Part shown: piece by piece, positions 10,670 through 20,589 of the stretch
How the letters are laid out: each line of letters starts with the position of its first letter
How positions within the stretch are numbered: position 1 is the stretch's first letter
Assembly: GCA_964248055.1 (NCBI GenBank)
Contig: CAXTWN010000004.1
Location: 1 to 57,691, forward strand
Source: an uncultured Acidobacteriaceae bacterium
Lineage (GTDB): Bacteria; Acidobacteriota; Terriglobia; Terriglobales; Acidobacteriaceae
Length of the DNA stretch: 57,691 nucleotides
Direction of reading: 5' to 3'
Notes under the pieces: generated by a model
The model's database searches: none
Told to the model about the DNA's origin: nothing
What the model saw: only the letters and a program-made list of their open reading frames with translations
Position numbers and translations under genes: made by a program

Positions 10670-12445
10670 TCAGGTTGCCGCGCGAAACAGCCTCTCGGCA
10701 CGAAACGTTGAAGAACCTTCCGTGAGCGTGACTAGTTGATTCGCCGCTATGCCTTTGTGAACCTCAACCAGGCCGAGAGGCCAGCGAACCTCTACATCAA
10801 CACTGTCGGCCGCGCCCAGGCCGAAGTGCAGCCGTGGATCGTTTGAAGAGACATAGCTGGATTGGCTGAGAACCTCCTGGACCTGCACCTTCCCCGGGCT
10901 GCGAAGAACGATGCGAGCCCCGATTGCACTGCGATTGCTCTTTGTCCCCCTCAGTCGAACTTTGATCCAGTGATTCCCAGCGGGGGCGTCATTGCGCAGA
11001 AGCGAGGGCGGCTCGTTTTGGTTCATGATCACGATGTCGAGGTCGCCGTCGTTGTCGAAGTCACCGAACGCGCATCCCCGGCTGACGTGACGAGAAGCTA
11101 GCGCCGGCATCTTCGTCTCATCGAGTTCTTCGAATGTGCCGTCGCCCCGGTTCCGGAAGACCAACCGGGGTCCGCGGCGAGGGTACTTCGGATACTTCGC
11201 CTCCAGTTCCGGATACACCTGGCCCGTGACGAGAAAGATGTCCGGGAAGCCGTCGTTGTCGAGGTCGACGAGTCCAATCCCCCAACTCACATATCTCTGC
11301 TCGCGCATCAAACCTGCCGGCATGGTCACGTCTTCGAATTGGCCGTGACCCTCGCCGTGGTACAGACCCGTTGCCTGGTTCATAAAGTGTGTTCGGACGA
11401 CATCGAGATTGCCATCACAGTCGTAATCTCCGATCCCGACGCCCATACCAGCCATCTCCTTGCCTTCGTCACTCAGGGCGAGTCCGCGCAACAGGCCTTC
11501 CTCGCGAAATGTCCCATCGCGATTGTTCATCAGAAGCAGGCTCGGCGTGGAGTCGCTGGCTACGAAGATGTCGGGCCAGCCATCGTCGTCCGCGTCGAAA
11601 GCAACCGTCGTGAGGCCGTAAGATCCCCGGAATGACGCTACCCCAGACTCCTTCGAAACATCTGTGAAGGTGCCGTCATGGTTATTCCGATACAGGAGAT
11701 GCGTAGGAAGCGGAAGGCCTGAGGGCCCACAGTTCACGGCAACTCCCTCGAAGCTGCAGTTGGGTCGATCGAGAGAAGGTCGGGGAAGTTTCGCGATATC
11801 TACATCCGCATAATCGGCCACAAATAGGTCGAGCCAACCGTCACGGTTGTAATCCACGAACGTACATCCAGATCCGAAACGGGTCGATGGGCTGTGTAAT
11901 CCCGCCTGCTTCGTCACATCGGTGAACGTTCCATCGCCATTGTTACGGTAAAGGCGATTTTGGCCGAAGTATGTGACGAAGAGATCTTCGAACCCATCGT
12001 TGTTATAGTCTCCTACACATACACCGATGGCCCACCCAGCATCCATCAGGCCAGCTTTTTCCGTGACATCCTTGAAGGTGCCGTCCCGATTGTTATGGTA
12101 GAGACGATTGCTGGCGCCCTTAGGAACCTCAGACAATCTGCGTCCGCCCAGGATGTAGATATCCATCCAACCATCGTTGTCGTAGTCGAAGAACGCGCAC
12201 CCGCCCCCCATGATCTCGGTGATGTAGGTGGCTTGCGCCTGCTCCCCGTAGAAGAACGTGTCCTTGAGACCGGCCGACTGGGCTACGTTCACAAGATCCG
12301 AGAACGGAGCAAGAGGTAGACTCAGTCGCTCGCCGCGCAGTGGGGCTGGGAGGGCCGCCGATGCCGCGACAGCTGAGATCGCCTTCAGGAAATCACGGCG
12401 TGGCTGCGTCGCAGCCCCAGGGGTTCGCGTCTTGGGCGCCTTCAT
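10670..12445 (-). CDS. CRTAC1-family protein (FG-GAP/VCBS repeats + ASPIC/UnbV domain), Tat-exported
   Basis: Repeated DYDNDGWMDI, DYNNDGFEDL, NRLYxNNxDGTFxDV; C-terminal SNRSAIGARI...LHFGLG...VRWP; twin-arginine PRRDFLKA. Confidence 0.92.
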   Translation of the reverse strand: MKAPKTRTPGAATQPRRDFLKAISAVAASAALPAPLRGERLSLPLAPFSDLVNVAQSAGLKDTFFYGEQAQATYITEIMGGGCAFFDYDNDGWMDIYILGGRRLSEVPKGASNRLYHNNRDGTFKDVTEKAGLMDAGWAIGVCVGDYNNDGFEDLFVTYFGQNRLYRNNGDGTFTDVTKQAGLHSPSTRFGSGCTFVDYNRDGWLDLFVADYADVDIAKLPRPSLDRPNCSFEGVAVNCGPSGLPLPTHLLYRNNHDGTFTDVSKESGVASFRGSYGLTTVAFDADDDGWPDIFVASDSTPSLLLMNNRDGTFREEGLLRGLALSDEGKEMAGMGVGIGDYDCDGNLDVVRTHFMNQATGLYHGEGHGQFEDVTMPAGLMREQRYVSWGIGLVDLDNDGFPDIFLVTGQVYPELEAKYPKYPRRGPRLVFRNRGDGTFEELDETKMPALASRHVSRGCAFGDFDNDGDLDIVIMNQNEPPSLLRNDAPAGNHWIKVRLRGTKSNRSAIGARIVLRSPGKVQVQEVLSQSSYVSSNDPRLHFGLGAADSVDVEVRWPLGLVEVHKGIAANQLVTLTEGSSTFRAERLFRAAT

Positions 12446-12640
12446 CGTTGCGAACCTCCCTCGAAATCGACCGGGAGCTGCTGGCTCTCATCGGTGTACG
12501 CGCTGCGGTAGGGGAGCGATCGGAAGACCAAACCGCGATTCAGCAAGCGACCGGCGCTCACCTTTGCCATCGGATGTAAAAGTATGTCACAGGAGTCGAC
12601 AGCGAAGGTGAAGCTGCACAGACGAAGCAGCGTGCTGCTC

Positions 12641-13759
12641 TCATCGGGAGGCGTCCCCCGGGACACTGTGCCCTTCTGCGAATAGGGAACAGGCAGCGTC
12701 CAGTTCTATCTCGAACAGCAGGTCGTCACGGCAGACGATTAACTGCACAGGCAGAACGGGTAGCGGGGAGATGTTTCGCTCTCGGCAGCAGGCCTCAAAA
12801 GCAGAAAAGGCTTCAAGATCGCGGAAATAGGCGATTCCGCGCTTTGTGTCGCCCCAGTTCATGCCACGGGAATGCAGCAGCGCTTCGACAACGTCGAGCG
12901 CGCGATCGATCTGCTTTACCACATCATCCGCGAAGAGGCTCTCGCCATTGGGTGCGATGCTTGCCGTGCCTGAAATGATCAGCAAGCGGGAGCTTCGCGA
13001 TTCCACCTCGACCGCACGGCTGAACGAACTGCGGTATTCGGTTGCGGAACATTGAAGGGGCGATTTGATCTCTTGAATGTGAACTCGGTCGGTGCGAGGG
13101 CGTACGGCGAGAGCTCCAGCGACCAGGGCTTTGCCCTCACCGTTGCGAGCACCGATCCCAGTGCTGGCGGGAATCAATCCGTCAAACACCCTCCTGCTCT
13201 TGAAAAAGCTGGTGCGCGCGGCATTGAACTCGTCATACCACTCGAGCAGGTTGTCCAGGTAAAACCACGTCCGGACTAGATGACGAAACTCCATGCCGGC
13301 GAGGGCGAATGCGCGTTCCATCTGCTCCAGGCAATCAGTCGTTTGTGAGCCGCGCGACGCAAGAGCATCGCCGGGCAGCACGCCGGCCAGGAGACAATAG
13401 TCGGCGTCTTCGTCTGACCACGTGCTGCCGACGATCTGATCCCCCAGGCTCACCCGGGAGATCGGACGATGCTCGGCGAGCAGCGCTTGGGTGCCGTAAA
13501 GACCTCTCCCGTCATCTGCAGCACCGGAGATTCGCATGGTGGGCCAGCTTACCGCGTCCGTGGAAGCAGATGCGATCTGCTCGCGTTCACGCCCCGCGAT
13601 GACAAGCTCCGCAAGGATCTGCCCGGTGTCGGACCCGAATCCGTTCGGGCCAGACTGTGCATTCGCGGTGTCGTGCAGGACGTTCACGAGACGATAACGC
13701 GGGTCTTCGCCGAGCGTTGCTACGGTGCGATGCTTCGTGGATTCGCGTATGGCGTTCAT
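12641..13759 (-). CDS. Tandem-domain Rid/YjgF-fold protein, chorismatase (FkbO/Hyg5)-like
   Basis: LVRTWFYL...YDEFNAART, PASTGIG, SPLQCSATEY..SFSRA, ISGTASI, VCRDDLLFEIE; no signal peptide. Confidence 0.72.
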   Translation of the reverse strand: MNAIRESTKHRTVATLGEDPRYRLVNVLHDTANAQSGPNGFGSDTGQILAELVIAGREREQIASASTDAVSWPTMRISGAADDGRGLYGTQALLAEHRPISRVSLGDQIVGSTWSDEDADYCLLAGVLPGDALASRGSQTTDCLEQMERAFALAGMEFRHLVRTWFYLDNLLEWYDEFNAARTSFFKSRRVFDGLIPASTGIGARNGEGKALVAGALAVRPRTDRVHIQEIKSPLQCSATEYRSSFSRAVEVESRSSRLLIISGTASIAPNGESLFADDVVKQIDRALDVVEALLHSRGMNWGDTKRGIAYFRDLEAFSAFEACCRERNISPLPVLPVQLIVCRDDLLFEIELDAACSLFAEGHSVPGDASR

Positions 13760-13948
13760 AGTGTTCTCTGGTACCGCACTGGTACCGGACCGCCTTGCAT
13801 GCGGGCTAGCCCGACGGCGCGACGTAGGCTCTGGATTCGCGCTGCATCTACGCCGAAGCCGCCGTAGGGATCAGCGACGGCGAGGCCTGCACCAGGTGGT
13901 CGCATTAGGAGCTCGCCGGCACGCTGCCAGGCGCAACGAGGTCGCGGT

Positions 13949-16387
13949 TCATCTTGTACGTGCGTCCACCGGATGTGCCTTCACTTCAGCAATGGCTCCT
14001 TGCTCCTGATGGAACGGCCTTCCCTTCTCGAAGAACGCCAGATGAGCACGGATACCCGCCTCCAGGCGTTTGTCTGACTGCTTCTCCGCCAGTTGTAGCG
14101 CCTGCTGCTCCGTGGAGGAGGCACGAGAGAAAAGCCCTTCCTCAGCATAGGAGGCTGCGAGAGTATCTAGCACTTCGGGGTCGTTCGGTCGAGCATACGC
14201 CGCGTTTTCAGCGAGGCGAACAGCCTCAGCACCGTTGCGCAACGCGCCCTCAGGGGAGGTGGCAAGAAGCCACGCGGTGCCGGTCATGGCGCTTAGGCTC
14301 GCGGGATCGGCGAGCTGCGCCTTCCGCCAGTGGGAGAGAGCCTCCTTATCGCCTCCCAGCGCCTCGTACGTTCGTGCCAGCGCCTCCTCATCGGCTTCGA
14401 AGTGCGGCCTGATGCGAATCGCTGCTTCAAGCTCAGGGAGCGCATCGCGGGCGTTGCCTTGCTCCAGCATGAGCCTGCCGAGAACAAAGTGGTTTTGAGC
14501 CGAGAGCGGATTGATGCGGAGGGCTTCGCGCAAGTGCTGGAAGGACGCCTTGGTTTCTCCGTGAACGTAGAGCGAGATCCCGAGCCCCGCCTGGGCCCTT
14601 TCATTCCCCGCATCGAACGCGACCGCTTTGCTCCACAGTGCGAGAGCTTGATCGGGACGGTTTGCTGCTTCCGCTTGCATGGCCTCGTCCACCAACTTGT
14701 ACCCGGTGACCGCCGGGACCCCGATGTCCTCGATCCCATCGCCCACTGTGTTTACGAACTCGGGCAGGTTCACAGCCCTGTTGGCAGCTGTGGCATTGTC
14801 AATGTAAATCGCGGGGCTGGAGTTCCCCTCTTCGTCAATATGGGTTAAGTACATCTGCGTGTAGAAGGAACGGGATTTGGACGAAAACACGAGCCATCGC
14901 CCGTTCGGAGAGAAGCTATGCCACGAATTCATCAACGGGGTGTTGGCCTCCAGCCGCCGCGCCGCACCTCCGCCGGAGGGCACTATGTACAGTTGGCTAT
15001 CCGGACGCATCAATTGACCGTTGTGGCATTGCACATACACGATCCAACGCCCGTCTGGCGACACCTTCGGGAAGTTGTTACTCATCCCGTTATGTGAAGC
15101 GCCAACGATGGGCTCGGGAGTCCCCCCGCGGCCATTGTTGAACGCCACCCGATAAAGGTCGTACTGGATCTGAGTCTCATGCGGGTCGTTCGCATGGAGC
15201 GCCTTCGGTTGACCTTCGGGGTACGGATCCTTTGCCTCGGCTCGAGCGAACACGATGTACTTGCCGTCAGGACTCCAGACGCCATCGGTTTGCACGTAGC
15301 GCGGATCGTCCGCCCCGGGAAGCGGCTGACGCTTTCCGGAAGATCGGTCGTACCACTCAAGAATGCCCCGTGTGGGATAGAAGACCTGCAGAAATCGATA
15401 GTCCTTGAAGTTTGTTACGTAGTAGGTGTTCGAGAGGTCGAGCGCAGATCCAGCAAAGGTACTCAAGACGTAGCGTCCATCCGGGGAGACTTGCGACATG
15501 AAGCCCACCCGCACCTTGCCCGCCTGGCCGTCGGTATTCCACTGAACGACATCTTTATTCTCGATGGACATATGGCGCTGGACAGGAACAACCGCGTAGA
15601 GGCCCTTGTCATTTGCCGGCCCGTCCACATCGATTCCCATCGTCTTTCCATCGCCCGAGAACGAGTGGCAGTTCGCGCAGGTGGGCATGTCCTTCAAAAC
15701 CGTGTGGCTCTCCGGTTCACGGACATCCCTTACGCGCCAATTGATCAGATGGATGGCGGTAGGAGACAGTGGCTGCACAGTACCGTTGGCACCCTCGCTC
15801 GGCATCAGCGGTACATCTCGATAAAAGATGGGTGCCCCTACCGGGTCGACCGAGGTGGAAAAGCTAACACGCCCCAGGGAGGAGGGTTGGTGCGCAGAGT
15901 TGTAGCCCGTGATGGTCAGGACGGCCGGTCGCCCGCTTGAGCGCTGCTGAACCGTTGCCCATAGCACCGAATCCGGCGACCAGGTCCAGGAGGCGGCTTG
16001 CTTTGAGGTCAGTTTAGGCAGTTCGTTCGTACTGCTTACACACTCCGGATCGATGTGCCCGACCTGCATCCGTTTCCCTGAGGTTTCAACCTGAAGGGGA
16101 CTCGAGTTGTCCGCGAACACGATACTGATCTGCCATGAACTCGCCGAAGGATCGCGCCACATGAACGTGGGCGGCGTGATACCCGGGGGAAAGATGGAAG
16201 TGTTGAGGGGATAGTCGATGGACAACGGCCAAAGATCTGATCTGGATGCCCCTGGCGGTGTATAGCCAAAGACTTCACTATGCGGGATCGTAATCAGCGA
16301 CAGCGAGATGAGCGCCGTCAGGAGAGAACAGGTAACCACGAGCAGGCGATAGGACCAGGGTGCTCGTCTGGGCGCTGGGTTGGCCAT
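13949..16387 (-). CDS. Exported PD40 (TolB-like) beta-propeller + TPR protein with a single CxxCH heme-c motif
   Basis: N-terminal hydrophobic segment; CANCH; repeats SPDGRYV, WSPDGKYIVF, SPDGRWIVY, FSPNGRWLVF; C-terminal TPRs. Start moved to ATG 16387 (GGAG RBS). Confidence 0.85.
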   Translation of the reverse strand: MANPAPRRAPWSYRLLVVTCSLLTALISLSLITIPHSEVFGYTPPGASRSDLWPLSIDYPLNTSIFPPGITPPTFMWRDPSASSWQISIVFADNSSPLQVETSGKRMQVGHIDPECVSSTNELPKLTSKQAASWTWSPDSVLWATVQQRSSGRPAVLTITGYNSAHQPSSLGRVSFSTSVDPVGAPIFYRDVPLMPSEGANGTVQPLSPTAIHLINWRVRDVREPESHTVLKDMPTCANCHSFSGDGKTMGIDVDGPANDKGLYAVVPVQRHMSIENKDVVQWNTDGQAGKVRVGFMSQVSPDGRYVLSTFAGSALDLSNTYYVTNFKDYRFLQVFYPTRGILEWYDRSSGKRQPLPGADDPRYVQTDGVWSPDGKYIVFARAEAKDPYPEGQPKALHANDPHETQIQYDLYRVAFNNGRGGTPEPIVGASHNGMSNNFPKVSPDGRWIVYVQCHNGQLMRPDSQLYIVPSGGGAARRLEANTPLMNSWHSFSPNGRWLVFSSKSRSFYTQMYLTHIDEEGNSSPAIYIDNATAANRAVNLPEFVNTVGDGIEDIGVPAVTGYKLVDEAMQAEAANRPDQALALWSKAVAFDAGNERAQAGLGISLYVHGETKASFQHLREALRINPLSAQNHFVLGRLMLEQGNARDALPELEAAIRIRPHFEADEEALARTYEALGGDKEALSHWRKAQLADPASLSAMTGTAWLLATSPEGALRNGAEAVRLAENAAYARPNDPEVLDTLAASYAEEGLFSRASSTEQQALQLAEKQSDKRLEAGIRAHLAFFEKGRPFHQEQGAIAEVKAHPVDARTR

Positions 16388-16497
16388 CGGCTGAAACTCC
16401 GGAGCCACACTCGTGTATGGCCCATAAAACCAGTGTAGCCACCTGGCTGAGTAGCGGCCAGGGGGTCGACGTGAGGAGTGACGATCTCTGCAAAGGG

Positions 16498-16535
16498 GAC
16501 AACACCCGAGCGCCGGAGAACGCCCGGGTGTTGTC
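16498..16535 (-). terminator. Stem-loop immediately after the receptor-1 stop (attenuator or mRNA stabiliser)
   Basis: GACAACACCCGAGCG-N8-CGCCCGGGTGTTGTC inverted repeat 5 bp past the stop; weak U-tail. Confidence 0.6.
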
Positions 16536-16540
16536 ACAGG

Positions 16541-19500
16541 TTAGAAGGTGAACTTGAGAGCGGCTTGACCAACCCGCGATACGTTCGCCACAGAACCATG
16601 GCCGTTGTTGACTTCACCGAAGGTGGAATCCGTGGGAGACGTGTCCGGACCGCCCATGATCGGATGGTTAAAGGCGTTGAACAACTCGAAGCGCAGTTGA
16701 AGGTCGTACTTCTCGCGGATGAGCCAGTTCTTCATCAGCGACGCGTCGACATTGAAGCCCGGGGGACTGTACATGAGGTTGCGAGCACTGTCGCCGAAGG
16801 TGCCGTCGTGACGAGCGACGAAGGCAGCCGGATTGAAGTATTGCTTGAGCCATTGCGCACGGCCACCTTGGCGAACCTTGAGCGGGACTCCCGGGACGCG
16901 GTCGGCGCGGTCGCCGCCGCAGAACTGCAGACAGCCGCCACCGAACCCGGGTTCGCCATAGGCGGCCTGGCTGCTACCGGAACCGATACTGAACGGCGTG
17001 CCTGATTGCCAAGAGGTGATGGGGCTCAGCTCCCACGCACCGAGGGTTTCGCGCATCAGCAGATTATGGCCGCGCAGATCCGGACTCCGATAGATGAAGC
17101 TGGACACCCAACTGAACGGAATACTGGCGTTCGATATACCGCGGCTCCAGTTCAGATCTCTGGGATTGTTGATGCCGGATGCGGAGACGGCGAGGTTTGC
17201 ACCACTGGCCACGTCGATCCCCTTCGCCCAGGTGAAGCTCGACTGGCCCTGAAGGCCATGAGCCATGCGCCGTTCGAAAAAGATTTGCAGCGAGTTATAG
17301 TTGGCTGTCGCGCCGCTGTCGTACTCCAAGATGCCGGTGAAGTTGGAGTACGGAGCGACAGGCGCGGCAGCCTTTGTCGGTGTGGGGCATCCAGGCGATG
17401 TGTATGAGGTGCAGTAGCTGTAGCCGGCGAAGTTCCGGTCGACTACATAGTCCTGATGATAGGATTCGCTGCCCACATAGGCGATGCGCATGCTCATGAC
17501 ACCGCTGAGCTGCTGCTCTACCGAGGCGTTCCAGGACTCCGTCATGCTCCCTTTGAAGTTCCGGGCAAAGGAAGCTTGCAGGTAGACTGGGCCGGGCACC
17601 GGTGCGTTAGCAGGCGGCACATAGCCGATCGAAGCGAAGGGTGGAAACGGCTGAACGCCATGGGTCCCGAACGAGGGTGTGGCCCATGGGTTGTGGAAGT
17701 TCATGTACCCGGTGATGGTTTGGTTGCTGTTGGGAACGCACGGGCTGGTGACTCCGCCAGTGGAACAGATCGGCACGTTGGACGGCGCCGTCGGGGAGAA
17801 GGCCGGGGCAAAGGGTGCTATATCGACGGCATGGTTGTAGATCGAATAATTCACCGGAGCGCTGAACAGACCGAACGCTGCATGGAAGACAGTGCGAGGC
17901 ATACTCTGCGGTTGGAAGGCGAGGCCGAGGCGGGGCTCGAAGAAGTTGTAGTCGCTAGGACGAAGCGCGTCGTTCACGCCAGGATCCCCCGGGAAAACCA
18001 GTCCTAACGGCGCGTTCGGGAAACGGGTGCTTTGCTGGTTGGGGACAAAGGCGGCACCGCGCCCGCCCACGGAAACGGGTGCGATATCGGGGGCCCAACG
18101 CAGGCCCAGGGTAAGCGTCACATCTCTACTTGCACGGTACTCGTCGTTCACATACGGCTCGATCTGCCACTCACGGATGGCGGACAGTTCGCCGGCTCCC
18201 TGTTCGAAGCTGCTCATGTAGCCCAAGAGCCAGTCGGCAGTTCCGTTGCCGGTATAACCGCCACCAAACCCGATGATGGCGTCGCCGGGGTAGTCGCTTG
18301 CGTTCTCCACTGCTCTTTGTTTTTTGAGCTCGATGCCTACCGACACACTGTGATGGCCGACCGTCTTGATCAAGGTGTCGGAGACGCCCTCCGTGGAACG
18401 GACCTCATTGCCGGGCGCAGTCCATCCGCCGTTGGCACCCCCAAAGTTTGCGCCTTCCATAAAACACGCCGGCTCATTCAGGGTGATGTAACGCGACCAG
18501 CACATATTTTTGCCGCTGTGATCCACGGTCGCGGAGCCGTTATGTGCGCTCTGCTGGCTCCACAGAACGGTAGCCGTATTGACCGTACTTGGGTTTATCG
18601 TCCAGGTGTGCTGGGCGATCTCGTTGAAGTACCACATCTGTTCGCCGAAGGTTTCGCTCCAGTTCGTCAGGTTCAGCACGGAAAGAACGTTGCCAGGTAC
18701 ATCGCCCGAGGGCTGGATGAACTTATCGATGTAGGACCGCACGGTGATGCGCTGATTCTTCTTGAGGTCGTAATCAACTCTGCCCGTGTACTCGTCGGTG
18801 TTGTTTTTGATCCCGGCAGAAGAGTAGAACATCTGTCCGGCCAGGTTCTGGCCTGTACCGGAGGGAGCCGCCGTGCCCGTAGCGGGGCCGGCGTGGCCCG
18901 GCAAACCGTCGTTGGTCATCTGCACAGCCACCGGATCAAGGGAGCCAACAAGTTGGTTGGGCTTGCCGTTGGCAAACTCAAACGGACCATTCAACCAGCC
19001 GCAGGAGAGCGTTCGGGGCCCCGTATAGCCCGTGCCGCAACTGCTATTGTTCGCCTCTGCGTAGTCGACCAACCCGCTGAAATCCCCGTTCAGCATCTGC
19101 ATCGTCGGTGTTGTCGTTTCGTTATTGGACGCCCCGGCGCCGAAGTTGGCCCTGGTTCCTTGATAGTTGAAGAAAAAGAACATCTTGTCTTTGAGCACGG
19201 GACCGCCGACAGAGCCCCCGAACTGATTGCGCTTGAGGGGATCGCGCGTGTGATTGCTCCAATTGGCAGCGTTGAAATCCTGGTTCCGCAAGAACTCAAA
19301 CAGGGCGCCATGCCATTGGTTGGAGCCGCTCCTGGTGGCCATCGAAACCACGCCGCCCGTCGAGAAGCCGTAGATCGCGCTGAAGTTGTTGGAGATCAGC
19401 CGAAACTCTTGCGTCGCGTCGGGATTCGGTGTGGGCGAGTTCCCGCCCAGGTAGTTATCCATGTTCGATACGCCGTCGAGCATGTAGTAGGTGCTGCCGA

Positions 19501-20095
19501 CGCGGCCGCCGTTGGACGAAGCGTCAGTTTCGTTGGCAAACGACATACCGTTCTGGCTTGAATACACGCCAGCTTTGTTGGCATCGACCATACCCGGCGC
19601 CAGCAGCGCCAGAGCCGAGGGGTCGCGGCCGTTCAAAGGCAGTTCACTGACGGAGTCCTGGCTGATGGTCATGGCCAACTCTGACGTCGTGGTATTGATC
19701 AGCTCAGTGCCGGACGTTACGTTTACCGTCGCCTCTGTACTCCCTACCTTCAGCTGGACGTTTTGCGTTTCGTTGGCATTGGCCTGGATGACAATGCCCT
19801 TCTGCGCGTACCGTTCGAACCCCTGAACAGCGATGCTCAGCGAGTAGTGGCCCGGCGGCACAAGATTGAAGAGGTAGACGCCACTGTTGTTTGTAAGAAC
19901 GGTCTGGGGGCGATTGGTGTCGACATCGGTCAGGGTTACGGAGACAGCGGCAACGGCCGCTCCAGCCGGGTCGGACACAACCCCGGTCAAGCTTCCGTTT
20001 GTCCCCTGCGCTAGGACGGACGCCGCACTGAATACTCCAAGCAGGGTAGCCAATACCGAAAGAAACAATTTTGATACGCCGCTTGAAGCCATCAC
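16541..20095 (-). CDS. Oar-type TonB-dependent outer-membrane receptor 1 with N-terminal carboxypeptidase-regulatory-like domain
   Basis: Signal peptide, GSLTGVVSDPAGA, LPLNGRD, TRSGSNQWHG.LFEFLRN, RNQFGGSVGGP, FEPRLGLAF, LRFELFNAFNHP, C-terminal LKFTF; AGGAGG RBS (ATG at 20092 is also possible). Confidence 0.92.
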   Translation of the reverse strand: MMASSGVSKLFLSVLATLLGVFSAASVLAQGTNGSLTGVVSDPAGAAVAAVSVTLTDVDTNRPQTVLTNNSGVYLFNLVPPGHYSLSIAVQGFERYAQKGIVIQANANETQNVQLKVGSTEATVNVTSGTELINTTTSELAMTISQDSVSELPLNGRDPSALALLAPGMVDANKAGVYSSQNGMSFANETDASSNGGRVGSTYYMLDGVSNMDNYLGGNSPTPNPDATQEFRLISNNFSAIYGFSTGGVVSMATRSGSNQWHGALFEFLRNQDFNAANWSNHTRDPLKRNQFGGSVGGPVLKDKMFFFFNYQGTRANFGAGASNNETTTPTMQMLNGDFSGLVDYAEANNSSCGTGYTGPRTLSCGWLNGPFEFANGKPNQLVGSLDPVAVQMTNDGLPGHAGPATGTAAPSGTGQNLAGQMFYSSAGIKNNTDEYTGRVDYDLKKNQRITVRSYIDKFIQPSGDVPGNVLSVLNLTNWSETFGEQMWYFNEIAQHTWTINPSTVNTATVLWSQQSAHNGSATVDHSGKNMCWSRYITLNEPACFMEGANFGGANGGWTAPGNEVRSTEGVSDTLIKTVGHHSVSVGIELKKQRAVENASDYPGDAIIGFGGGYTGNGTADWLLGYMSSFEQGAGELSAIREWQIEPYVNDEYRASRDVTLTLGLRWAPDIAPVSVGGRGAAFVPNQQSTRFPNAPLGLVFPGDPGVNDALRPSDYNFFEPRLGLAFQPQSMPRTVFHAAFGLFSAPVNYSIYNHAVDIAPFAPAFSPTAPSNVPICSTGGVTSPCVPNSNQTITGYMNFHNPWATPSFGTHGVQPFPPFASIGYVPPANAPVPGPVYLQASFARNFKGSMTESWNASVEQQLSGVMSMRIAYVGSESYHQDYVVDRNFAGYSYCTSYTSPGCPTPTKAAAPVAPYSNFTGILEYDSGATANYNSLQIFFERRMAHGLQGQSSFTWAKGIDVASGANLAVSASGINNPRDLNWSRGISNASIPFSWVSSFIYRSPDLRGHNLLMRETLGAWELSPITSWQSGTPFSIGSGSSQAAYGEPGFGGGCLQFCGGDRADRVPGVPLKVRQGGRAQWLKQYFNPAAFVARHDGTFGDSARNLMYSPPGFNVDASLMKNWLIREKYDLQLRFELFNAFNHPIMGGPDTSPTDSTFGEVNNGHGSVANVSRVGQAALKFTF

Positions 20096-20205
20096 TGCCT
20101 CCTAAACCTTTGACCGAGTTGAATTTGTCTGTCGGTTTGCGACTTCTTGGCCCGATCTTCCGAGTGAGCCGCTGGATTGCTTCGATCCCAGATCCGCGTC
20201 CTTTT

Positions 20206-20260
20206 TGACATCGTTGTCATTTGCGACCGAAAGCTACACGCCCGGAATCTCTCCTGTCAA
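20206..20260 (-). promoter_or_regulatory. Promoter TTGACA-N18-TAGCTT with downstream LacI-type operator TGACATCGTTGTCA (20206-20219)
   Basis: 13/14 match to the 1572 palindrome, sitting near the predicted transcription start of the receptor operon. Confidence 0.75.
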
Positions 20261-20589
20261 TGTTTTTATTGTTTGTGCCGAAGCGCAACGTCCATCGGGG
20301 GGCGTACGACGTCCCACTGAAGCTCTAAGCCACTCCATCAGTCCCGCGGAGGCGCCGGAACTCCCGGATCCCGTCTTGGGCTACACGTCGCCGGCATGAC
20401 GCGGTTCAGGTGTGGGTTGCAGGCATCGGGTGCGCTTGCTGGCCGGTTCACCTCGCTGGGGAACAATCCGACGTGGGAGGCCGTGGGCCACTCGCAGGAT
20501 CTTATATAGTGATGGCTCAGTCGCCAGAGGGCGGAGCTTTGTGGGCTCCGTCCACCAGCGAGTTGCGTATGAGATCACAATGGGCAACA

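Noticed and set aside
13769-13790. Short direct repeat CTGGTACCG x2 upstream of the Rid gene
   Set aside because: Two 9-bp copies, not seen at other promoters; compatible with chance.
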